NCBI GenBank assembly: GCA_965644495.1
Contig: CBFFSA010000011.1
Coordinates: 124,001 to 188,000, forward strand
Reading direction: 5' to 3'
DNA length: 64,000 nt
Origin: Perkinsela sp. CCAP 1560/9
Taxonomy: Eukaryota > Protista > Euglenozoa: Kinetoplastea
Below the pieces are notes generated by a model. It was not told where the DNA came from. It searched no databases and saw nothing but the letters and a program-made list of their open reading frames with translations. The translations under genes and the position numbers were made by a program. Below, piece by piece: positions 1 to 11,868 of the stretch (position 1 is its first letter; each line of letters starts with the position of its first letter).

Positions 1-2160
1 CCGTTGTGGGATTTCACTTTGCACACGTAACACCTTTTATCCATCGATTGGAGCGTTCGAATTTCCCGATCCAATTTCTCAAGGATACCCCCATTCGATA
101 GATTGTTATACCCAATGATTCGCCGTCGTAGACGAGTATGATGGAAGAAATTCCATACATAGAACGAATCGGTGTGTATGACAACTGTTTGAGCCTCATT
201 AGGTATCCTTTCCAGCGCTTCCCTCAGCGATTCAACCTCAGCTCTCTCAGCTGAGCCAGCATCCAATGCTATGGAATAGTATTTTTCTTCTGTTCCACTC
301 ATTCTCAGAACTATTCCCGCACCGGATCTTTGTTCCTTGGACCCCCGCAACTGCCGAACAGAGCCATCAATATACATATGAACCTCACCCTCACTCATGG
401 GGAACGGATCCGAGCCTTCCTCCACAAATTGTAGCTCATAAGAGCTTTTGCTTTTGACCGCTTGAGTGTGTTTAGTTTTCCACCTTGGAGACCTTAATAC
501 CTCATACATCGGAAGTGGTTCAAGTTTCTGCCTGAGCTCATCGCATAGCTTTTGCCAGTGTATCCGATCCTGCGAGTAAACAAGCGCCTGCTCCAGAGTG
601 ACCCCTAGATCATTAAAACTTGCTTCGCTAGGAGAAATATTTCTTGTTTTTTCCGTGCTATTCCATTGAACGAGCTCGCGAAACGTAGAGGAGTGCCTGA
701 GCATGTGGCCAACGATTTTCGCACGGGCAACACGATGCACGGTCGAAAATCGAGGCGTACCACAATACAAGGACTCTAATGGGTAGCAGTGTCCGAAATC
801 GTCAAGCTTTGCTGAGTTACAAGCGAATCTCCTCATCATATTTACCTCAACCTCCGTTTTTCGAAGCATTTTGTTAGAAAGAGAAAGACAGGCTGCACCA
901 AACGTTAAAATAGGGTAGATCAAGCAGTCAAACAGGCGTATTTTCGTGGCAGCACTCAGAGGAGAAGCCCAAATGCCACTGAGTTTACGAAATGCTGCCC
1001 ATGTGAGCCTTAGCCTGTCCTTGATGGGGGATGATGCTGTAGCATCTTGAAGATGACCAAGATGCCGGTAGGAATCCACAAGAGGAATCTTGCCAAGCGA
1101 TCCTGCTCGAAGTTCTCGCGTCCCCCCCGGAACTTTCCCAAAGGCCATCCACGCAGTCTTGGTTTTCCCCACGGCAATCCTCAGATTAGCTGGTTTTGCC
1201 TCATTTGCCGTAGCTTCGATCATTTGCGATATTTCATGTTTCGTGGAAGCTAAAAGTGCTATGTCGTCTGCGTAGTCGATGTCCTTTAGTCTAAATTCTT
1301 GAATTCCCCTGCTTTTCGTCCCGCTGCTCCTTAGAAGAATCCCGAGCGGCTTGTTATCGAGTGCTTTGTTGAGAATCCTATCGATTACAAGCACAAAGAG
1401 ATAAGGAGCAAGCACGTCCCCTTGAAGAATTCCTGTTTTAATGGGAAAAGAATCCGTATTTCCGTATGGTGTGCGGACTATTCCTTTTAAATTCGAGTAC
1501 AAGGACATTACCATCCTAGTAAGCGCGGGTCCGACATGAAAGGCATTCAATGCAGCACGGATCGCATGAAACGATACCGAGGGGAATGCTTTTGCGAAGT
1601 CCATGAATGCCACTGCAATGCCTTTTTTGCCCCTGGTCGCACGAACTCTTGCATCATTCAAAATGATTTGCGCCCCTGCCGTGGACCTTTCTGGCCGAAA
1701 ACCAAATTGACTGTCGCGAAGGAGCGGCTCGATGGATGGTCTGATTCTTTTCAGGATCATTGCATTCATCAATTTAACCGCACTGTTCACGAGACAGATT
1801 GGCCGCCAATTCGCTATTTGTGTCAGGTCGCCTTTTTTTGGAATAGGCACCTGAAGGACAATTTTCCAGGACGCAGGCGAAACCCCTGTTCGATGAACCT
1901 CGTTTACAATATGTAATAAGGATTTTCTCAGCTCAGCATGTTCTGTGATCATTCTGAGTGCCTCCGCCGGAATTTGGTCTATTCCAGGTGCCTTGTTGCG
2001 CGCTAGTCTACTGATGCCGTCCTCGAGCTCTTCTGCAGTGAAACTTTCATCGTTGATTGGTACTTTCGGGCTGACTACTTTGTCAAATTTTATATCTTTA
2101 TCTCCGCGATCATCGGACCCCATACGAGCAAAGAAATCTTTAACAATGTTAAGAGTTTTC
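1..2160 (-). mobile_element. Non-LTR retrotransposon (RTE/RTEX-like), RT + C-terminal RNase H, 5'-truncated, runs off window start
   Basis: Minus-strand frame read from ~2115 to 1: NKAPGIDQIP, PIPKKGDL, NWRPICL, QFGFRP, DFAKAF, GILQGDVLAPYLF, DYADD, then RNase H motifs YIDGS, HTDS, KVKSHNG. Close paralogue of 24866..27922. Confidence 0.92.
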
Positions 2161-2529
2161 CCAGTCAAAGTAAAGGAATATTGCATAAGTAAAGGAATAA
2201 TGCACACTGTGACCCCCCCCCTTTAATACGGACAGATTTTTGGACATTGTCCGTATTAAAGGGGGGAAATACCAGGCATTGCATCTGTTTTGAAAATGGA
2301 TAAATATTAGAGTGGTATTCTATTTGTATAAGCATATGCTAACATATTCTCAGATTTTTCATTCATTGTGCTTTCCAATTTTTTCCTCATCAGTTTGCGT
2401 AAATCTGTGTTTTTTTTGGGGGCTATATGAAAAGATTGCTTGAAAAAATTACGGTTCTCCCTCAAGGACGCTGAAGGCTCTGAATACTGGTGCCTATTGA
2501 TGGTATTGGTTCAAGATTTCCGGAAGAGT

Positions 2530-4586
2530 TTGAACGTGTGTATGGATCTGCTATTCGCTGTCAGGTAGATGCCCATGATATTTTGAGGTTTGGCAGTGCA
2601 GGAATCTTTTGCATCCACTTGTTTGCTGTAAAATTTGTACTAGCACGTCTCTGAAGTGCCATTGCTGCTGGCGCGTTGTCTACGTGCAGTAGTACAGTAG
2701 TGTTCAGCCTCTTTTACCCCCCCCCTACAGGTCTTGTATTTTGTTCGATTTTGGAAACATTTTGTATGGGACTGATTTTCGACCCAATCGTTCCGAATCC
2801 GAGGTCCTTTTCACTCGTGGACACCTGTATCATACCTAAACCGGAAAAAAACTGCAAAAAAGTCGATTTTTTTTCCACAGAGTACATTTTTTTTTAAAAT
2901 TGGCACATTTGTTGGTGATTCATGACGAAGAAGCACCTGGCTAGGGGGGGTAGGGGGTCGCTCGAGTGAAAAGGGCCTCGGATTCGGAACGATTGGGTCG
3001 AAAAACGGTGGTATACCAAATATTTCGAAAATCGGACAAAATACAAGACCTGTAGGGGGGGGGGTAAAAGACGCTGAACACCACTGTACGTGCTTATAGT
3101 TTCTGCGGACTGCAACCATGATGCCGCCGAGTGCAGCGCTGAGTTCGGAGTAAAAAATATGTGCTCCTGGTTTCGTGTACCCTTGTTTACCTGCCTCCAA
3201 AATTCCTTCGTTGAACAATAAGATCGCCCACGCTACTGAGCTGGCGTCTGTCCAAACATCTACGCGCGGACATCTTGTTACGTGTTCTACTTTAGATTGC
3301 CATGCGTTGATTCTCAAATTTTCAAATGAGTCCGATAGTTCGCTTAATAAGTCTTCTACAGGCGAAAATGTAATGTTCCAAGATTTCTTTTCGTGAACTA
3401 TTCGGGCTACTTTACCTAAGGTCTGGAGTAAATGGGCAAACGAGAAAAGTGGAATCTTCAAGACGCTGGCTCGCCACATCAGAAGGCCGGAGATCGTATA
3501 CAGTTCGATGGCTGTCCACGCTTCATTTCGTACGATGCCGTCGTACTGCGTGCATGCTTTGATCGTCCATTGTGATGACATGCGATATCTTTTTTCCGAG
3601 AGGTCAAATTCTATGCCCAGGACGCATGCCTCCCGCGTGGGCTCCATGGAAAGATCGTCAATTTTCAGTTTCACTGATTCTACCCGGGAGAGAAACTCGT
3701 TTGTCCTTTAGCTCTGGCTTCGTTTTTCCGAGTAGAATATAGTTATCTACCCATGCCATGCCTAAATCTCTCACGATGAAACTCCTTGTGCTATCGCCGG
3801 CGCCCATGACCATCCCATGGGCATAGACGTAAACTGCACAGTGTCCGTTTTTCCCCTTGCATTACCCAGAACAGCACCAAAGTAAGGCCGTATCTCTGCG
3901 GCCAATGGAAATTGATAAAAAAAGCTTTTTGCGTCAGCGTGAGCCATCCATTCAGAGGCCAAGATTGCATCTGTTATGTTGTTAATCGAAGGCAGATGCA
4001 TTGCGGGGGGGCATGCGAAAGCTCGGTTCAGCTTTCTGCAATCACATATTAGACGCAAACTCCCATCCTTTTTTGGAACAGTGAAGGAGCGATGTACAGC
4101 GACGGGTTGCTGGGTCTTTTCCACTACCCCCAGGCGTATTAGATCATGTAAATGTTGTCTCATAAAACGAGACACTGGGCGTTTGCCCTTGACGTTTGCT
4201 AGCAAGTATGATTGAAAGACTTTTACGTTCTGTAAGAGTTCTAGGTAATCGAGTGTACCGTCGTCATTCATATTTCGGAGGGCCTTGTACGACAGTCTCG
4301 AAGATGCAATAGTACCAATCGTACCTTGGTTTCTGTGGGTGCAAATGCTGGGCGGGCGCGTAAGTCGTCCACGATCAAGTTCATGTCCTTTCACGTCCTT
4401 AAAGTTTTTTGTAGCAACAGTTGTGATATCCGAAGAATTGTGCACGAAAACCGGTTCTGGATTAGGCTCGCCATTTATATTGTCACTGTCCCACGTTTCT
4501 CGACCAATGTGCAAGGGAAACTTACCGTGTAACTGTCCTTTTAGTAAGTATAGCGCCGACTGATTTACATTGTGCCCTTTCTTCAT
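2530..4586 (-). pseudogene. DIRS-type reverse transcriptase-RNase H, frameshifted and MITE-interrupted
   Basis: FTVPKKDGSLRLICDCR, DAKSFFYQF, MPMGWSWAPAIAQ, WVDN, then WTDASSVAW. The frame resumes HVDNAPAAMAL after removing the MITE at 2695-3086. Confidence 0.88.
2695..3086. mobile_element. MITE, Tc1/mariner type
   Basis: Long TIRs CAGT(A/G)GTGTTCAGC..., TA duplicated at 2693-94 and 3087-88; related copy at 46105-46865. Confidence 0.9.
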
Positions 4587-6185
4587 AGAAGCTTTGTAGC
4601 GTCATGCAACCCCAGGGACAGTGCTACTTCCATCCGGGGAAGATAAATCCACAAAGTCTCTAGATCTTTGTGCTTGGCCAGCAGTTGTATTACAGACAGA
4701 GGTACACCGTCTTTCAGGAGAGAAACCAGTGATCCGCGTTTCACTGAGTGTGCTGACAGATTGGAACTGACTCTTTTCAAGACCGCGGTTGCTCTCATCG
4801 TACTCAAAGTCGTAAATTTCTCTCCTTCCGTGATGTTCTCCAGTCGGTTTATGAACAGGTTCCATTCGTTGAACGAGCAGCTGATCGGTATTGCTGTCCC
4901 TATTCTGAAAGGGTCTCCCTTGTGTATTGGGAATGTAACGCCGAGTATTCGTTTTTCGTGGTCTATGATCTGGACATCCTGCCTCCTTAAATGTCGAACG
5001 TCGTCGATGCAACTGCACGTCTTCCAAGCTAACATCATTCCGGCCGCTTCGTCCGTGACCAGCCACTCGCACGCCTCGACGATTTGGTCCTTCGTTGCTC
5101 AATCCAATCCAAATCATTCCGGATTGCTCCGGATGGTCACTGGCAAGCCAGACACTTCACAGACAGATTTGGAAGTTCCGAGGCCGACGTCCTCTACCAG
5201 ATTCCGCTTGTCCAAGGCGGCACCAACGTGCTGTTGCCAACACGCTGCGTCGACAAACTGTACGTCAACACGGCTTACCCCCAAGAGGTGTAAGCCGGGT
5301 AAGGGAGCTGGTTCCCTGAGGGGAGTCCGGGACGGTCCTCCGAGTACTGGGCCTAGTCAGTTATCAGCCCAGCCCCTTAGAGTGAGGCCGCCGGGAATAT
5401 TGCCGCCGGGAATATTTCCTTCGTTGCTGGAGGAGCTTGATTTTCCGGCACTAACGCTCCCTGGCGCTGGAGTGATTTCATATACATGTAGATGCTCATT
5501 TGATGATTATCATATACATGTATGCTGTTACCGCTGTTTTCTCCATCATTCCTCCCGAGCGGTAAATGATTTGCACGAGATTTTTGGCGTACGTATGTGC
5601 CGTTTGAACGCTGATGATTCCTTTCTTGGTTTCCGGATTGATAAATCTGAGCTTCGCTTCCAGGAAGCATATGATACACCACTCCTCGCTGGGAAGGTCG
5701 TCTCCGAGACTTTGTTTCCACACGGTGTATTGTTTGTATACGCTGGACAGATGGTTCCAACGCGACTCCGATTTTTCCTGTAACATACGCTGCCTTCCCT
5801 GTTCCAGAACCTCCCTTACACCCGTTGTCGGAATGAGCGCTCCGGTCTCCCTGTTTCCTTCTATTCGGTCTAGGAAAAGATCCTCCACTTCCAGCCGATT
5901 TTTCTCTCGAGATCTCGTCACTATGCCGGTGACGGTTTTCGTGCTTCGCGACGGTTCTTTGTACGAACTGGTTATTGTGCGACTCAAGTCCGGATTTGCT
6001 CTTTGCAGTTCTATTCCTTCCTCTTCCGTTGTCTCTTTGCCTTCTTGCCCTTGGAGTAAGTTTGTATTGCCCCTTATTATGTATATTTCTAGAATAATTT
6101 TCACTGTAAAAATTATTGCCCCTAACGTTGATAATTCTACTATATTGTCCCTTATAAAATTTATTGTTTCTTGAATTATTTTCAC
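4583..6185 (-). pseudogene. Tyrosine recombinase, interrupted by two small insertions
   Basis: LAWKTCSC (catalytic Arg position now Cys), HSVKRG, LAKHKD, LWIYL. Removing 5100-5416 and 5491-5509 with their duplications rejoins ...QGALVPENQAPPATKDQIV... Confidence 0.85.
5100..5416 (-). mobile_element. 5'-truncated LINE 3' end
   Basis: 12-bp duplication TCCTTCGTTGCT (5088-5099, 5417-5428). Minus-strand end has a TCCGGA-GCAA-TCCGGA hairpin then a GATT(T)G repeat tail. Confidence 0.7.
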
Positions 6186-6198
6186 GTCGACGTACTAG

Positions 6199-6924
6199 TC
6201 AAAATTTCTTCACGGACGGTTTTGACGGCGGGCCCGCGCTTCGCCCCGGTCGATCGTTTTTTGAATCCATAGCCTTCAACATTGCCGGGAAAAGTTTTCC
6301 ACGCAGCCCTCCACTTACTTTCGCCTCCTCAAGAGCCTGAGCATAGACCCGGCAATCTCCATGCAGGGCACGGACTTTATAGGCCACTAAGGCTGCCAGA
6401 ATGTTCTCTCCCACCAGCATATTACCGTCGGACTTCCAGAGGACACCCATCTTCATAGAATTTCGAGCCCATGCTAGGAAAGCTAAGAGAAGATCATTTT
6501 TTTTATGCTCATCCTGATGATACCGAGGGACGTTCCGCTCTGCAGCACCCACCCCAAAGTACCGCCGCAAATGAGAATCTAGTTCGACCAGACTTCGATC
6601 TCTCGTTTCTGCGTTTCCTTCCAGGAACATCGCATAGGTGGCCAAATCCAGAGGTTCGAAGGTCCCCGCCTCGCGTCCCTCCACCCGCTCGATCGCCGCC
6701 GAATAGGGATCTGAAGGCAGTTTATCCAGCATGTGCACTTTGACGTTCGACGGTGGGAAAGTCAGTTCTCCGTATTTCCCAAAGTCGATTATCATGAACA
6801 CTTTTTCCTCATCGATTTTCTTTACCACTCCCTTCCATATTTTCCCCGAGGTACCTTGTCTGAGGACCACAGAAGTCGGATAGCGTCCCCGATTTTGCTC
6901 TCGGCCACAAACTCTCGGCCACAC
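6199..6924 (-). CDS. gag-like ORF1 of YR retroelement
   Basis: 241-aa ORF immediately upstream of the YR ORF; assignment is positional. Confidence 0.55.
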   Translation of the reverse strand: MWPRVCGREQNRGRYPTSVVLRQGTSGKIWKGVVKKIDEEKVFMIIDFGKYGELTFPPSNVKVHMLDKLPSDPYSAAIERVEGREAGTFEPLDLATYAMFLEGNAETRDRSLVELDSHLRRYFGVGAAERNVPRYHQDEHKKNDLLLAFLAWARNSMKMGVLWKSDGNMLVGENILAALVAYKVRALHGDCRVYAQALEEAKVSGGLRGKLFPAMLKAMDSKNDRPGRSAGPPSKPSVKKF

Positions 6925-7519
6925 GTGAGTCTGATATAAGAGGGGGTAGATCGTTCATTGGGCGAAATATGTTACATAATTATTAAATATGGGGCATTTC
7001 CAAAATTTTTCATAACTGAAAAAATCGATTGCTTTTTTTCGTACGTCCCACTTGGGGATTGACATCCCACACGGGTTGGGTACTAAAGATAAGAAAATGA
7101 CCCTGTTTTTAAGCTAAAAAATGCGACAAAAAAAGTTTCGCGCCACTTTGCCGCGCCTGTTTTTTTTGATGAAATAGGTGAAGGGGGGTGATCTGTAGGG
7201 AAAATCAATTTTACGAGCACAACCCAGACTAAAACGGACGAGGGAGATACTAAACCACAGTCCGGTTTAACATTCCGGGGAGAATGTTAAGTAGCTACAG
7301 GAACATTAACTTTTTTTTGAGTTTGGTAATCATATTCTTCAAAACAATGATGGCATAAAAGGGTTAAACTGAACTAATATTCGCAATTTTACAAATTTTC
7401 AAAAAGAAAATCCTTTTTTTCCCGTACTTTAAACTTTTCTCAACTTGTACATGCTTACTTCTTACAAATGAACTCATGCACGGCCTTGCTTCAAATTTAC
7501 TAAAACTTGAAACAATGCA

Positions 7520-7880
7520 TCACCCCCATTACACTTAAAACTTCCGGTGCATACCTCTGCTTATGCTTCTATTCGGTACCCTTCTTTTTCAGCTTCCGAC
7601 CTGGAACAATACTGTCCCGCTTCGGACGCTTTTTGGCCATGGAGTTAGCGCACTCCATAGTGCTCGTGTCCACGCCTTCAGTTGTAATCCACTGTCTTTG
7701 GTGGCTAACACTTTCGCGTAGAGATAAATTGTGACGGGTGTCAGATAGAATGAATTTTTATGCGACTTCCTGAAGCAAAATTCTCGATCTTTGGAGAAGA
7801 GGATTCTTGAACGTTCTATTCGGACCAGAGTCCATGCAGATAATTTGTGGTTCTTCTATTATCTCAATGGTTCTAGTAAC
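7520..7880 (-). pseudogene. Merlin/ISXO2-like transposase remnant (C-terminal part)
   Basis: Translation SVSHQRQWITTEGVDTSTMECANSMAKKR resembles the ISXO2 VNH...GVHTNxIExxNSxxKR motif. Confidence 0.5.
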
Positions 7881-8129
7881 ATATCGCCTTTTTCCGATAT
7901 ACCGTAGACCCACCAGTAATAGGCCCCCCAGTAACAAGGATTTGGCTCGGGAGGGTGGCTCAAGGGGGGAGGGGGATTTGGGCGGGGTGAGGGCGGTTGC
8001 GCGGGAGCGAGTGTTCTTCTTTTACCCTAAATGGGTTGCCCGGGCTGCTCCGATTTTTCATGCACTGATAAGTGGTCCAATACTTTGCGTTATATGGCAA
8101 CGGAAGACAGCATCATATTCCGGATAAAA

Positions 8130-8400
8130 ATCATGCTCTTATGTATGAGGCCGTTACTTGTTCGAAAGGTCATGAGCCACGGGTACGTACTCTTAAGGAA
8201 GATCATTGGTTATGCTTCGATATAAAGTGCCGCGGTAAAACTTATTTTTGGGAACCTCTTCTGACGGCCACACATGAGCGCACCGCAAACCAGATTTTTA
8301 AAGTCTTATACGGCATCACTTCTGTAGCCGGCTACTGATCTCAACGAAGAGTGGACTTGGGGCAAAAGCGATCACTCGGCTGACAAACATCCCTTTGAGT
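8130..8400 (+). pseudogene. Possible Merlin-like transposase N-terminal remnant
   Basis: HWLCFDIKCR..EPL..FKVLYGI, homologous to the remnant at 14030-14280. Confidence 0.35.
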
Positions 8401-8512
8401 CGTGCCCTCGAACAATGAAAATCGAAAAAATAAAAATCGAAAATTTTCTTTCCAAAAAACTTCAAAAAATTCCATATTAAATGGGGGGGATCAGGGGGGT
8501 CCGCATTAAAGG

Positions 8513-9566
8513 GGTCAAAGTAAAGGACTTTTGCATAAGTCAAGGACTTTTGCAGAAGTCAATTTTTAGCAGGGACCCCCTTTATATGAGTTGGTCCATT
8601 GCGACTCATGTATAGCACCATCATACAAATCTGTCATTATACTACCGAATTACCCCCTGGTTTGGGTCCTGGGGAGAATATTTGGAGGCAACAATGTGCA
8701 TGACATTTTGCCAAAAAAATACCTTTTTCGGCGATGTTGACCTTACGATGTCTCTGTACTGCGCGTAATGTTGAAAAGGGATCACATAGGGCCTTCTTCA
8801 GGTCTTAAGCTGTTCGTGTGTACTCACAAAACTTTGAATGAGCGGTTTTCATATAAGGGGTAACCCCTTGAAAATCGCAAAAAATGACCATTTTTGGGCA
8901 ATTTCGTGAAAAATGGTCGTTTTTCGCCGTTTTCGCCCATTTTACGAGGGTCACCCCTTGTGCAGGCATGCAGATTCTTCAAAAAGTATATTGCCAAAAA
9001 CTACTTTGCGAGCTACGCTACTATTATATACTGTATACTCATAAGCTAGCTCACGGACCGGGCTTACTTGGCGCATGGAAAATGAAAATCAAAAAAAAAT
9101 CTTTGGTGTTCCACAAAAGTCCTTGACTTATGCAAAAGTCCTTGACTTACAAACGGAAGCAAAAATCATGCAATTATTCTACGTGTGCTTCTCTCTAGAT
9201 TCGTGGGAAGCAATTTGCGAAGCCTAACTACCTTGATAACAAATTTTAGTACCCATTCGTGTGAAGCAATTTGCGAAGCCCAACTACCTTGATAACAAAC
9301 TTTAGTACCCATTTTGGCCGCGCGGGGGTGCGCGCGGCCGCGAAACGGCGAGGGCCCGCGTGAGCCTGTACCCCGCGTAGGATTCCCCTGTGCGTCGTTA
9401 GTGGGATGCAATTTGCGAAGCTCACTGAATTTCGTAGTTTTCGCTACGTTGTCAACGTATGTTAGTGAAGTGTAGGATACTGAACGCACGGAAAATGAAA
9501 ATCAAAAAAAAATCTTGGGTGTTCCACAAAAGTCCTTGACTTATGCAAAAGTCCTTGACTTCCACC
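8513..9566. mobile_element. Non-autonomous TIR element with 9-bp TSD and 20-bp subterminal repeats (Merlin- or Mutator-like)
   Basis: Ends GGTCAAAGTAAAGGAC and GGTGGAAGTCAAGGAC (rc). TSD CATTAAAGG at 8504-8512 and 9567-9575. Repeats of GACTTTTGCATAAGTCAAG. Confidence 0.85.
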
Positions 9567-9843
9567 CATTAAAGGGGGGGTCACAGTAAGTAAAGGAATA
9601 ATGCAGAAGTGAAATTTTGACCCCCGACCCCTTTATATGAGATCTCTGATTCTGAAAAATAAATAGAAGCCATGTGGAGATCTACACTTATACTACCTAA
9701 GAGCCCTGTATTTTTCAAGTTTATGAACAAAGTTTGGCCAGACTGGAGACGAGACATTTGTTCCAAAAAAAATCATTTTGGAAAATGGTGCGGTATACTA
9801 TGCCTGGTTACCGATTGTAAAATTAAAGTAAATATACTTTAAT

Positions 9844-10731
9844 ATTGCGGTGGTTGTAAAACTACCGCTCTACACTCGATTATTGAAAAAAAAGTGAACA
9901 AAAACAGTGAAAATATAAAGGGGAACACAGTAATATAATAGAAGAAAAAAATATAAAAGGGGGCTCCGGTGATCCAAAACTGAAAAAAAAATTTGAAAAA
10001 AATTGGGGGTCCATGGGGGGGGTCCAGGGCGGGGGGCATGGTCGAGCAAATTTTTTCGAAAAAATTAGTTTTCGAAAAAAAACCGCAGAAAGGGTAGCCG
10101 GGGTCTTGGCGCGCATTTTCCACCCCCCTACCCGGGGGTGACCCCCCCGCGTATCCGCAGGACGGGTCCGCCAAGTTGGGATTTTTTCGGAAAAAAAAAT
10201 TTGAAAAAAAATTCAACTTGGCGAAAAAAATGGCAAAAAACATATTTTTCCAAAATGGTTTCCCCTATTGTATTTTGATAGTTTGGGACCTACACTAGCT
10301 TTCTCCGCAGTTGTTTTCTCAAGGTATCACTTCTTCGAACCGTGGTGAGCCCCTAAAAATGACCCGTTTTTGACTAAAAAAGGTGAAAAAGTATTTTTCG
10401 GACCTAAAGGGGCATTTTTGTGTCGAAAGAATGGTATGGTTGGAGTCGCATTCTCTACCCAATACGTTCGGTAGGCTTTCATTCATGCCTACGAGTGATT
10501 TCCCATGCGCAAATGTCGGATTTAGTGCTCTGAGAGCAAAAATACGCGAAAATCACCCCATTTTTACCCGAAATTCGGCTATTTTTGGCTATAATCTTTC
10601 CGTTTTCCAGGCTAAATTTTCTTTTTTAGGCTCTTCGTTAAACGCGGTGGTAGTTTTCAACGCGAAGCGCGCAGCATGAGTGACTTCTAAGTTGAAAACA
10701 ACCACCGCGTTTAACGAAGAGCCTAAAAAAG
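9844..10731. repeat. ~890-bp dispersed repeat with terminal 41-bp palindrome, copy 1
   Basis: Near-identical to 21145-22060; inverted arms at 10621-10661 and 10691-10731. Confidence 0.9.
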
Positions 10732-11212
10732 TTGCGGTCAATACGGGTAATATATATTACCCGGGTAATATATATTACATATACGGGTTAGCTGGGTTCT
10801 AAATCTGTCACTATGCACTAGTTTTACATACAAGTAAGACTTTTCATATAGAGGGTAGGTCCGCCAAAACAGCGAATAACGGTCATTTTGGGCGATTTTC
10901 TCGAGAAATGCTCATTTTGGCCCGTTTTAGGCCACTTTTGGAGGGTCACCCCTTATATCAAAGTGATGATTTTTGGAAAATCTCATACTTCGCACCCTTC
11001 ACAATCAATATCTGGACACATACATCAACATACGCCTACTACTTTCTTCGGGGAGAAAATTCAAAAGTTCAAAATTTTCTAGAGGTAGTGCACAATATTC
11101 CTTTAGTTATGCATTATTCCTTTACTTATGCATTATTCCTTCACTTATGCATTATTCCTTATGCAATATTCCTTTACTTACGCATTATTCCTGTGCTTGT
11201 GGATTATGTCCT

Positions 11213-11480
11213 AGGGCCGAACGGACGGAGGGGCCGGCCGGGCCAATGAGAACCTAGATCTTGTTTACCCGTCTGCGACACAAACCGGCTGATAAATTAA
11301 CCTTTGCTCCCGGTGAGGCCCCGGAGTTGCGAGAGGCCTCCATACCCCACAACTACCACCTTCCCTCCCTATTTAGCGGGGATCGCGCGAGCGACCTCTG
11401 ATAAATGGGGGGAAGGTGGTAGTTGTTTTGGGGGAAATGAGAGGCCGAACGCACGGAGGGGCCGGCCGGGACAATGAGTC
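11213..11480 (+). repeat. Dispersed copy of the 225-bp hairpin module
   Basis: Reverse-complement match to the tandem array at 33813-34590. Confidence 0.9.
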
Positions 11481-11868
11481 AGGGAAGACTTAGCTAGGCC
11501 CGAATCTATGTCTGCCACTTCCGCAGGATTGTGTATTTGTTTTCCTATACTGCGACACCTACCTGTAGTTTACGCGGGTGGAAGTCAAGGACTTTTGCAT
11601 AAGTCAAGGACTTTTGTGGAACACCAAAGAATTTTTTTTGATTTTCATTTTCCGTGCGTTCAGTATCCTACACTTCACTACATACGTTGACTATGCGTGC
11701 GTAGCGGAAACTACGAAATTCGGTGAGCTTCGCAAATTGCATCCCACTAACGACGCACAGGGGAATCCTACGCGGGGTACAGGCTCACGCGGGCCCTCGC
11801 CGTTTCGCGGCCGCGCGCACCCCCGCTCACGCGGGGGCCTCCGCGCGGCCAAAATGGGTACTAAAATT

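Larger units (their letters stand above)
2500..6990 (-). mobile_element. Tyrosine-recombinase (DIRS-order) retrotransposon, TATE-like, degraded; boundaries approximate
   Basis: Order gag-like, YR, RT, RNase H on the minus strand, as in kinetoplastid VIPER/TATE. Confidence 0.85.
2207..9586. mobile_element. TIR DNA element (Tc1/pogo-like, decayed) hosting nested insertions
   Basis: TIR CTGTGACCCCCCCC..TTTAAT at 2207 and reverse complement ending 9586. Flanks CA/TA interrupt a GGAATAATGCA-TA-AGTAAAGG repeat. Confidence 0.6.

Noticed and set aside
2811-3086. C-terminus of the 287-aa RNase H ORF
   Set aside because: Read-through into a MITE; the true frame resumes below 2695.
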